Positions 18,697 through 27,900 of a DNA stretch of 64,000 nt are shown in pieces. Positions within the stretch are counted from its first letter, which is position 1; each line of letters opens with the position of its first letter. Where the stretch lies: the IMG/VR virus record IMGVR_UViG_3300038809_000036. One strand, written 5' to 3'. A program made the position numbers and the translations under genes. Below the pieces are notes generated by a model. It made no database searches. It was not told where the DNA came from and worked only from the letters and a program-made list of their open reading frames with translations. This DNA is from a virus.

Positions 18697-19070
18697 GCGC
18701 GTTCCTGCGCGCCGGCGCCCGGTCCACCTTCGTGTGGGGCGAAATCGATTGCTCGCTGTTCATGGCGGACTGGTGCCGGGCCATGCGCGGCGTCGATCCG
18801 GCGGCGAGCCTGCGCGGGCGCTACCGCACGGCACTCGGCGCGATGCGGCATGTCCGGCGTCTCGGCGGTTTTGAGGCCATGGCGCGCTCGCTCATGGCGG
18901 GCTGCGGCTTCACGACGACCGAGGCGCCCCAGCCCGGGGACGTCGGCCTCGTGACGCACCCGGTGGTCGGACCGGTCTTCGCGATCCGCTGCGCGCTCGG
19001 CTGGGCGGTGAAGAGCCCCGAGGGCGTCGCCGTCGACGAGTACCCCGTCGCCGTGGCCTGGGCCGTCTGA
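18660..19070 (+). CDS. NlpC/P60-like tail assembly protein
   Basis: FVWGEIDCSLF...PQPGDVG motif; start uncertain. Confidence 0.7.
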   Translation: MESRDPGKEQHLSAFLRAGARSTFVWGEIDCSLFMADWCRAMRGVDPAASLRGRYRTALGAMRHVRRLGGFEAMARSLMAGCGFTTTEAPQPGDVGLVTHPVVGPVFAIRCALGWAVKSPEGVAVDEYPVAVAWAV

Positions 19071-20545
19071 TGCCGGCAGCGGTCGGCATCGCGGTCCTGG
19101 GCGAGGTGGGGCTCGGCTCGGTGATCGGCACGACGATCGCCGGCGTCGCGGCCGAGACGCTCGTCGGCTACGCCACGCTCGTCGGCGGTGCGGCGGCGCT
19201 CCAGTACGGCGCGCAGCTCCTCCAGCCGGGGCAGAAGCGGGCCGATTCCCAGGTCACCGTGCGCCAGGCGATCGCTCCGCGCCGCCGTGTGCTCGGCCAG
19301 GGCATGATGGGCGGCGTGATCTTCGCCCTGGAGACGATGGATCTCGACGACCCGGACGACGACAAGGCCCGGATCCTGTACCGCGGAGCCATCCACTGCG
19401 TCGGGCCGGTCCAGATCCTCCAGTACTGGCTCGGCGACGTGAAGACCGGCTTGGGATCCGGTGGCGGCGGCATCGTCCCGGACAGCGCCTATCAGGGCAA
19501 GGTCGCGATTGAGGGGCACACGGGCGAGGACAGCCAGCCTGCGTCGGCCGCGCTGCTGAAGCTGCCCTACTGGAACGACAGCATGCAGCTCAACGGGCTC
19601 TGCTACTCGGTGGTCGTGGCTACGCCCCTTAAGAAGGGGAGCCAGGTCTTCCCGGAGGGCGCCCCCGACGTTCGGCTGCTGGTCACCGGCGCCCCATCAT
19701 ACGACCCGCGGTCCGGCGGCTACGCCTACACCGACAACGCTGCGATCCTGCTGCTCGACTACCTCACCCACGACAGCGGCTATGGACTGGCCCTATCCGA
19801 TATCAACCTGCAGACCTTCCGCGATCTCGCGAACGTCTGCGACCAGCCGGTGGCCCTGATTACCCCGGACCCGAACGGCGACACCGTCGAGCTGCGCTAC
19901 CGGTCCTGGGGCAGCTACGATTTCACCGAGCAGCGGGCCGACGTGCTGGGCCGCCTGCTCGCGGCCTGCGATGGCGAGCTCTACCAGGATGCCGATGGCC
20001 TCGTGGCGGTGCGCGGTGGGCGCTGGCAGCCCCCGACCTTCACCATCGACGAGAGCATGATCCAAGGCTGGGAGCAGCTCGAGGAAGGCGACGAGGCCTA
20101 CAACACCTTCACCCGGATCAAGCACACCTACACCTCGCCCTGGCACGACTATCAGCCGACCGAGGGCGACTCGTGGGACGACCTCGCGTCTCAAGCCGTC
20201 CAGGGCGTGATCGAGACCGAGAAGAGCTTCGTCCGGGCGCCGTCGCACAGCCAGTCCCGACGCCTCGCCAAGATCGCGATGGCCAAGGGCAACGCGCGGT
20301 TCCGGTTCTCCGGGATGCGGCTCTCTCCGGCGGCGATCCCCGCCTACGGTGAGCCCACCGTTCGGCTGATCCTGCCGTCTTTCGGGATCGACACGACTTT
20401 CGCGGTCATGCGCGGGACGCTGGCGATGGCCGGCAACGCCCTGACCAGCGTGAACCTCGACCTGATCAGCCTCGACGCCTCCGCCTACGCCTGGGATCCG
20501 TCCGAGGAAGGCGCCCGGCCGCCGCTGCCCGACACCTACAACTGA
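19070..20545 (+). CDS. Tail tip / central tail hub protein (gpJ-like, short)
   Basis: YTDNAAILLLDYL, CD, GRWQPPT motifs. Confidence 0.75.
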   Translation: MPAAVGIAVLGEVGLGSVIGTTIAGVAAETLVGYATLVGGAAALQYGAQLLQPGQKRADSQVTVRQAIAPRRRVLGQGMMGGVIFALETMDLDDPDDDKARILYRGAIHCVGPVQILQYWLGDVKTGLGSGGGGIVPDSAYQGKVAIEGHTGEDSQPASAALLKLPYWNDSMQLNGLCYSVVVATPLKKGSQVFPEGAPDVRLLVTGAPSYDPRSGGYAYTDNAAILLLDYLTHDSGYGLALSDINLQTFRDLANVCDQPVALITPDPNGDTVELRYRSWGSYDFTEQRADVLGRLLAACDGELYQDADGLVAVRGGRWQPPTFTIDESMIQGWEQLEEGDEAYNTFTRIKHTYTSPWHDYQPTEGDSWDDLASQAVQGVIETEKSFVRAPSHSQSRRLAKIAMAKGNARFRFSGMRLSPAAIPAYGEPTVRLILPSFGIDTTFAVMRGTLAMAGNALTSVNLDLISLDASAYAWDPSEEGARPPLPDTYN

Positions 20546-20555
20546 GGCGGCACGC

Positions 20556-20726
20556 ATGCTGTGGCCCAAGGCGATCACCCCGACGACGGGGCGCTGGCGC
20601 CTGCTCGGAGGTACGCGCGCCGGCGGCCGCACACTGACTGGGGCAGAGCAGTTCGTGGCGCTCCCGGGCGCGACGTGGCGGCCGCTGATGCTGGCGCCGT
20701 ATCCGCGCTCCAACCAGAAGAACTGA
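20556..20726 (+). pseudogene. Truncated 56-aa paralog of the N-terminus of the next tail gene (not in ORF track)
   Basis: WPKAITPTTGRWRLLGGTRAGGRTLTGAEQFVALPGATWR aligns ungapped with WPSVLMPSSEDWSLRGGTRSGGQTFQGNEQIVASPTARWK. Confidence 0.7.
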
Positions 20727-20733
20727 GGCCGGC

Positions 20734-21408
20734 ATGGCAGATCCGCTACCCTGGCCGAGCGTGCTGATGCCGTCTTCGGAGGACTGGTCGCTGCGCGGAG
20801 GCACGCGCTCCGGCGGTCAGACCTTCCAAGGCAACGAACAGATCGTCGCCTCGCCGACCGCGCGCTGGAAGGCAAGCCTGACGATCCCGTGCTTCAAGCG
20901 GGCCCAGATCCTGGAGATGCGCCGGGTGATCGCCCTCGGCCGCTCGCAGGTCTGGTACGTCGGCCCCTACGAGCGCGGGCGGGCGCCTTGGCCCTACGAG
21001 CCGATCATCGGCGGGCTGATCTCCGACCGCACCCCGGGGTTATCGCAGCCGCCCATCCAGATCTCGCTCGGCGCCGAGTCGCCCGTGAACACGGCAGTGC
21101 TGACCCCGAACCGCGCCTCGGGCGGCCTGCTCGTCCCTGGCATGCTGTTTTCCATCAATGGCCGGCTTCACATGATCACGAAGCTGAACTCCGGCAATCC
21201 GGTCGCCGCTGGCTCGGGGCTCGCTGCACCCGGTCTGATCGAGGTCGAGATCCGCCCGTGGCTTCGGGAGGGTTGGCCCGAGGGCACCCCGATGGAATTT
21301 GCCACCCCGCTTTCGACGATGCGCCTCGCCTCCGACGACACGGGCGCGATGGAGCTTCAGCTCTCACGGTACGGCACCGTGACCCTGGAACTCGTCGAAG
21401 CCTTCTAA
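20734..21408 (+). CDS. Tail protein (distal-tail-like)
   Basis: 224 aa in the tail module; assignment by position only. Confidence 0.6.
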   Translation: MADPLPWPSVLMPSSEDWSLRGGTRSGGQTFQGNEQIVASPTARWKASLTIPCFKRAQILEMRRVIALGRSQVWYVGPYERGRAPWPYEPIIGGLISDRTPGLSQPPIQISLGAESPVNTAVLTPNRASGGLLVPGMLFSINGRLHMITKLNSGNPVAAGSGLAAPGLIEVEIRPWLREGWPEGTPMEFATPLSTMRLASDDTGAMELQLSRYGTVTLELVEAF

Positions 21409-21433
21409 CCCCTCCGTACATCGCGAGTTTGGC

Positions 21434-24400
21434 ATGGCTCTTCCCAAGCCTGGGATCTCTCTTGATCCGGCGACGAATGCTGCGCGTATCAGTGCGGCCC
21501 TCGATGCCATTGATGCCAATGCGGCAGCGATCGCCGGGGAGTCGCAGGAGCGCGCAAGCAATTTTGGCTCGTTGCAGATGCTGGTGCAGCAGCTCAACGC
21601 AAATGAGGTCGCGGCCCGCAATGCGGCGATTGTAGCGGCCGTTACTGCCGAAGGTTCGGAGCGCGCGGCGAATGTCTTCGCGGAGGCTCAGCAACGGGTC
21701 ATTGGCGATAATTCAGAGGCGGCGGCGCGTATTGCCGCCGACATTTTGGAGAGAAATCAGCGGATCGCCGCAGACGCGGTTGAGCAGGCTTTCCGAGTCG
21801 CTGGCGACGCCGCGCTGCAGGCCCAGGTTGACGACACGAAGAAGAAGGCGCTGCCGGTTTCCTCGCGCCCGGGCGACGGCGCATCGGCCTTCACCACCAG
21901 CCTTGCCGGTGGCCCCGCCTACCTCCTGCCCGATCTGCCCGACAGCCTGCTTGCTTTCGGCGATAACGGCCACGTGGCGCGGGTCATCGGCACAGGGCTG
22001 GTCGCAATGCGGCGCCACGAGGCCGTGGAACTCGGGCGCGCGTACCGGGCCCGCTTCGTCGTCCAGCGCCGCTCGACCCCGAGTGATCCATCCAACGACG
22101 CCGTCGAGTGCGGAATCCAGTGGTACGACCAGACCGGCAATCCGACTGGCGGTGTCACGATCGTCGCGCAGTTAACGAGCCTGCGTAGCGCCGACGGGCG
22201 CAAGATCGTCTCGCTGGTCTACAGCCGCTCATCCGGCGCCGGCATCGATGTCCAGCCGCCCGCAGGTGCCCGCTACGCCGCAGCCTACGTGCGGACATAC
22301 GGCACCGACGGCCTGACGGACGTCGAGGTCGTCGAGATCGAGGACGTTACGGACGAGGAGATCCTTCCCGCCCCGACGCAGGACATGCTGGCGCGGCTCA
22401 GCGCGCTGGAGAGCGGCGATTTCGGCGCCCGGGTGAGCGCCCTGGAGCAGGACAATCAGACCCCGCACGCCCGTGCCTACCTGACGCAATCGGAGGCTGC
22501 CTCCGACAGCCCGCCGACCAGTTCGCAAATCGCTCAACTGTTCGGGTCGCTGGCGGCCGGGGATTCGCTTGGCGGCCAGTACATGCGCGTGCAGGCGCTC
22601 GCTGAGGGCGCCGAGGGCTACACGGCCGCGGATGGCTCGATCTGGCAGCGCGTCAACGGCTCGATCAACGATCGCGACCTGTCTGCGAGCCTGAAGGCTG
22701 AAGTCGATGCCAAGCTCCTGGTCCGCAATTCACGCGAGGAGCTCGCGAGCCTCGGTGTCGGCCGAGCCCGCTGCGTGCATTGCGTGCGCTTCCATGCGGA
22801 CGGACCGGTCGCGAACGTACTCTACGAGATCGTGGACACGCCGCCCACGGGGCGCGATGCCATCACCTCGATGTCCGTCCCGGCTCAGGACGCCAGCGGC
22901 CATGCGGTGACCCGCTACACGCGCATCGCCACGCGCGGCCCGACGTGGAAGCAGTTCGGTGCCTACGGCGATGCATCACCCATGAGCTTCACGCTCAACG
23001 ACTCGTACTACGTCACGCAGAAGGCCAAGGAGCACGACGACACGGCCGCCATTCAGGCCAGCATCGACTACCTGCAAGACGGCGATGTGTGGAGTTCCGG
23101 CGCCGATAACGCCTTCTACGCCGTCTCCAGCATGCTGACCTTCTACCGTCATCGGTGCGTGATCGATGTCGGCACGCTGGTGCCGTATGGCAGCTACAAC
23201 GACTTCCTGCTGTTGATTGCGCAGGGTCCGCTCACGGGCGATGCGGCCGCACCGGGCGGCTCCGACCCGACGATGTCCAACGTATCGATCATGTGCACCG
23301 CGCGCCGTCTACGGGTGTGCGGTCGGTGGCAGTCGCGTGGCGTGTGGTTCCGCGACCTCTACTTGAGCAACATGGCCGGGTTCTGGGCCTCCCACACCTA
23401 CGGCACGGCCTGGCGCATGGGCGACAGCTACGAGTGCTCGTGGTTCGACCCGCAGTTCACGCTCTGCAAGGACCGGGTCAGCACGGACCTCTCGGGCGCC
23501 GTCGCCTGGGCCAACGCCTCGATCTACGAGGTCGGTGCGATTGTGAAGCCGAACTACGCCACCTATGACGGAGCGCACACCTACGGGATCAACGACCTCG
23601 TGCTCTATAGCGGCGGTGTGTTCCGCTCGCTCAAAAGCAGCAACACCGGCAATCCGCCTACTCCGAATGGGCCGTGGTGGGTCCGTGACGAGATCGAATA
23701 CTATCAGGCGCAGATCCGAAATCAGGGCGTCTACCCGCTCTCGGCCAGCCCGAACTACACCACGGCACAGGATCCGCCTGCGCCTGGCGCGCAGGATCTG
23801 CGCATCTGGAGGCGTGTCTTCGCCAGCGAGCCGCTGATCGACTTCACGAATGCCGTGTCGCCCACGGTGGTCGATCACCAGTACCTGATCGGCGGCGGCA
23901 TCCGCGACTCGTCCAATCTCGAATTTATCCGGATAGACCAGGCGGCATCCGGCAGGCCGATCATCGCGATTGAGGGGCACGGCTTCCACATCGAGGGACT
24001 CACGCCTGGGATCACGGCGGCCACCGGCAACGCGATCGCGGTGTCCGATACCGCGGCTCGCGCCAATGCCACTTACATCCGCATGAGCCGGAGCAGCCGA
24101 TGCAAGCTCATCGGCTGCACCATTCGCGTCGGCGGCGCCGGCTCCACGGCCATTCGCCTGGGCGGCCAGCACCCGCTTGATGTCGTGAGTGAGATCCACA
24201 TCGATCAGACCGACATCAACGGCGAGGACCAATTCCAAATTGGCATCTACACGGGCGTGTCGGTCGGCACGTTGGCGGAGGCGCGGCAGGCCGTCGGTGT
24301 CGTCAACATTGCGCTTGCCGACCCGACCTCTCTGGAAGTGGTCGACCCGGCGGCTCGGCTCAACAATGCCGGCTGGGTAACGCAACAGCGGTTCGCAGAC

Positions 24401-24625
24401 GGGACGCAAGGGCGACCCGCGTTGGCCTACCGTTCCGAAGGCACGCTCGGCTTTTACCGCAAGGCCGTGCGCACACAGGCTCTGGCCAACGGGCGCCTCT
24501 TCCTGGAGGCAACGTGGCAGGATCCGCTGCAATTGGCGGGCGCCTACCTCTGGTTCGATGGCACGAACATGCGCGGCAAGATCGGCGCTCCGACGAGCGC
24601 CGCAGACGGCTCCGTGCTTCTCTAA
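21434..24625 (+). CDS. Tail spike / receptor-binding protein 1
   Basis: 1063 aa; FGAYGD...DDTAAIQA spike entry motif; aromatic CBM5/12-like inserts. Confidence 0.8.
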   Translation: MALPKPGISLDPATNAARISAALDAIDANAAAIAGESQERASNFGSLQMLVQQLNANEVAARNAAIVAAVTAEGSERAANVFAEAQQRVIGDNSEAAARIAADILERNQRIAADAVEQAFRVAGDAALQAQVDDTKKKALPVSSRPGDGASAFTTSLAGGPAYLLPDLPDSLLAFGDNGHVARVIGTGLVAMRRHEAVELGRAYRARFVVQRRSTPSDPSNDAVECGIQWYDQTGNPTGGVTIVAQLTSLRSADGRKIVSLVYSRSSGAGIDVQPPAGARYAAAYVRTYGTDGLTDVEVVEIEDVTDEEILPAPTQDMLARLSALESGDFGARVSALEQDNQTPHARAYLTQSEAASDSPPTSSQIAQLFGSLAAGDSLGGQYMRVQALAEGAEGYTAADGSIWQRVNGSINDRDLSASLKAEVDAKLLVRNSREELASLGVGRARCVHCVRFHADGPVANVLYEIVDTPPTGRDAITSMSVPAQDASGHAVTRYTRIATRGPTWKQFGAYGDASPMSFTLNDSYYVTQKAKEHDDTAAIQASIDYLQDGDVWSSGADNAFYAVSSMLTFYRHRCVIDVGTLVPYGSYNDFLLLIAQGPLTGDAAAPGGSDPTMSNVSIMCTARRLRVCGRWQSRGVWFRDLYLSNMAGFWASHTYGTAWRMGDSYECSWFDPQFTLCKDRVSTDLSGAVAWANASIYEVGAIVKPNYATYDGAHTYGINDLVLYSGGVFRSLKSSNTGNPPTPNGPWWVRDEIEYYQAQIRNQGVYPLSASPNYTTAQDPPAPGAQDLRIWRRVFASEPLIDFTNAVSPTVVDHQYLIGGGIRDSSNLEFIRIDQAASGRPIIAIEGHGFHIEGLTPGITAATGNAIAVSDTAARANATYIRMSRSSRCKLIGCTIRVGGAGSTAIRLGGQHPLDVVSEIHIDQTDINGEDQFQIGIYTGVSVGTLAEARQAVGVVNIALADPTSLEVVDPAARLNNAGWVTQQRFADGTQGRPALAYRSEGTLGFYRKAVRTQALANGRLFLEATWQDPLQLAGAYLWFDGTNMRGKIGAPTSAADGSVLL

Positions 24626-24634
24626 GGCGTCCCG

Positions 24635-24991
24635 ATGCAGCCTGCACAGTACGACTTCCCGCCGCTCACGCGGGGGGACAGCGAAAAGCTGTCCCTCATC
24701 CTGAAGCAGCGAGATCTGTTCACGCAGCAGATCTCGCTGCTGCCGGTTGCTGGCGCCACGGTCACGTGGACCATCAAGAAGTCGGGCGGCCAGGATCTCG
24801 TCAAATCGACCGGGATGAACGGCGGCCTGACGCTGACTGCGAATGCCTCGCGCCTTGATTGGGTGCTGACGGCCCTCGATTGGACGGCGCTGCCGGGCGG
24901 CTCCTATCCCTACCGCATTCGGATCGCGTTCTCTGACGGGACGGTCGTCACGTACATGAAGGGCACGCTCACGGTGGTGGACCTGTCATGA
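24635..24991 (+). CDS. BppU-N-like adaptor protein
   Basis: RGDS...ATVTWTIK, beta-rich 118 aa between the two spikes. Confidence 0.55.
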   Translation: MQPAQYDFPPLTRGDSEKLSLILKQRDLFTQQISLLPVAGATVTWTIKKSGGQDLVKSTGMNGGLTLTANASRLDWVLTALDWTALPGGSYPYRIRIAFSDGTVVTYMKGTLTVVDLS

Positions 24992-27900
24992 GCAGTGCCG
25001 CCTCGATCGAGGTCATCAACGGGCCCCTGCAGCCGATCGTGCAGGTCGTGCCCACTGCCAGCGACAAGGCGGTGGAAATCACCGAACTGCCGCGTCAGCC
25101 GATCCTAGAGGTCGTGCCGGCCGATGCTGGTCGCGTCATCGAGATCATTATCCCCGTCCTGGCTCAGGGCGGGGCTGATGGCTTGCTCGATCAGGTGCTG
25201 GCAGCGCTGGCGGCCGAGGGCAAGAACGCTCTCGGCCTCGGCAACGTCGACAATACGGCGGACATCAATAAGCCGGTCTCGACGGCTCAGGCGGCGGCCG
25301 ATGCGGCGGTGAAATCCGCTGCGGCCACGGACGCCAGCACGAAGGCCAACGCGGCCCAGGCCAACGCGATCGCCGCGCTCAACAGCGCGATCAGCAGCCT
25401 CAAGGGCGGCGCCTCGACGTCCGGCGACACGCTCGGCAAGCTAGAGGCGCTGGTGGCTGCCGCGCAGCAGCTCGCCAGCTCCAACGCGACGACGCTGTCC
25501 AACATCATGGCCGGCGCGAACGCGAACGTAGACACCTTCATCGAGGTCTATAACCGCTTCGTCACGGACGAGAGCGCCGCGGCGGCCCTCAACACGCAGA
25601 TCGCCGGCAAGCAGGACGCCAACGGGCTCGCGGATGGTCTGAAGGTCACGGTAGCCGGCGCTGCGACGGCGCTGCCGACCGCGATCTCCAATGCCGCGCA
25701 GCGTGCGGCGAACCTCTCCGACCTGGCGAGCGCGGCGACTGCCCGCACGAACCTCGGGCTTGGCTCGCTTGCCACTCAGGCGGCGTCTGGCGTCGCGATC
25801 ACGGGCGGCGCCATCGACGGCACGCCCATCGGCGCGACCACGCCGGCTGCCGCCACGTTCACGAACATCACGGTCTCCGGCACCATCTCCGGGTCGATCG
25901 CCTCCGCGAACAAGCTAACCACCCCGCGCACGCTCAGCCTGACCGGCGATGCCACGGGCTCAATGTCGTTCGACGGGTCCGCGAACGCCAGCGCCCCCGT
26001 GACCCTGGCCAACTCCGGGGTGTCTGCGGGCAGCTACGGCTCAGGCACGGCAGTCCCGGTGCTCAGCGTGGATGCCAAGGGGCGCGTGACCGCGGCCAGC
26101 ATGGCCGCGATCTCCTTCCCCGTAACGTCAGTGGCTGGCCGTACCGGCGCCGTGGCTATCGCCTCAGCCGACATCACCGATGCGGCGTCGATCAACACGG
26201 CCTCGACGGTCGTGCGGCGGGATGCGTCCGGGAATTTCTCCGCTGGCACCATCACCGCCAGCCTCTCGGGCAATGCCACCAGCGCCACGACCGCCGGCAG
26301 CGCCACGACAGCGACGACTGCCACCAAGGCGGGCGCGCTCTCGACCGCGCGCATCCTGTCGCTCACGGGCGACGCGACCGGCTCGATGTCGTTCGATGGC
26401 AGCGCAAATGTCTCGGCGGCCCTGACGCTCGCGAGCACCACCGTGGTCGCTGGCAGCTACGGCTCCGCGACCGCGGTGGGCACCTTTACGGTAGACGCGA
26501 AGGGCCGGCTGACTGCGGCCGGATCTACCGCCATCGCATTCCCGGTGACCACGGTCGCCGGTCGCACGGGCTCCGTCACCATCGCCTCGGCGGATGTGAC
26601 CGACGCCACAAGCGCGAACACTGCCTCGACCATCGTGGAGCGTGATGCGTCCGGTGGATTCTCTGCAGGGACGATCACTGCATCCCTGAGCGGGAATGCA
26701 TCGAGTGCCACCACCGCCACCAACGCCACCAACGCCACCAAGCTGGCGACGGCCAGAACCCTGTCCTACACGGGCGACGCCACGGGCTCGCTCTCGTTTG
26801 ACGGAAGCACCAATGCCTCTGCTGCCCTGACGCTTGCCAACACCGCGGTCACGGCTGGGGCATACGGTTCCAGCACCTCGGTCGGCACCTTCACGGTCGA
26901 CAGCAAGGGGCGGCTCACCGCGGCGGCCTCGACGGCCATTGCTTTCCCTGTCTCATCCGTGGCGGGGCGCACGGGAGCCGTCACGCTGACCTCCACGGAC
27001 GTCGGCCTGGGCAGTGTCAGTAACACGTCTGATGCCGCCAAGGCTCTGCCGAACAATCCGGTCGGCGCCGCCATCGCCAACCGCTGGATCGTTTTCTCAA
27101 GCCGTGCCGCGATGATCGCAGGCAACGTGGGCACGGCGACCCACGTCTACTGCCTGCGGTACTATCCGACCGGTCCGATTGCGAACATCGTCTACGAGGT
27201 GCTGTCGGCCGCGCCGACCGGGCGCGATGCGATCACCTCGCCGGCCCAGGTCGCGCAACAGGTTGCCGGCACAGACGGGAATGGCGCCGTCGTCACGAGG
27301 TACATCCGGCTGGCGGTGAACTGCCCGACGCCTGAGATGTTCGGGGCCTATGGCGATGCGCCCCCGATGGCCAACACGCTCACGGACAACACCTACACGA
27401 CCGCCAAGGCCGCCGAGCACGACGACACAGCGGCGCTGCAGGCGCACATCAACTATCTCAACGACGGTGACACGTGGGTCTCGGGCGGACAGGGTCGGCA
27501 CTACGCCGTCTCCAGCACGCTCAACTTCCAGAAGTTCCGGTGCGCGATCGACTTCGGCACGCTGGTCCCGTTCGGCAGCTTCAGCGACTACCTGATTTCC
27601 CTCTCGGCCTCGAGCCGGGGCGGCGACCCGACTATGCCTAACGTGGCGCTGACCATGGAAGCGCAGCGGCTTCGCATCTGCGGCCGCTGGCAGTCGCGGG
27701 GCGCGAAATTCTCCAATCTCTACATGTCGACCGTCAATGGGTTCTTTGCGACCCACTGCTTCGGCACAGCGTTGGCGATGGATGATTCCTATGAGAGCAC
27801 CTGGATCAAGCCAGTTTTCGCGCTCAATAAGAACCGCGTATCTGTCGACGTGTCTGGCTGCGTCGGGGCGGACGGAAGCGGAAATCTTAATGGCTTTTGG

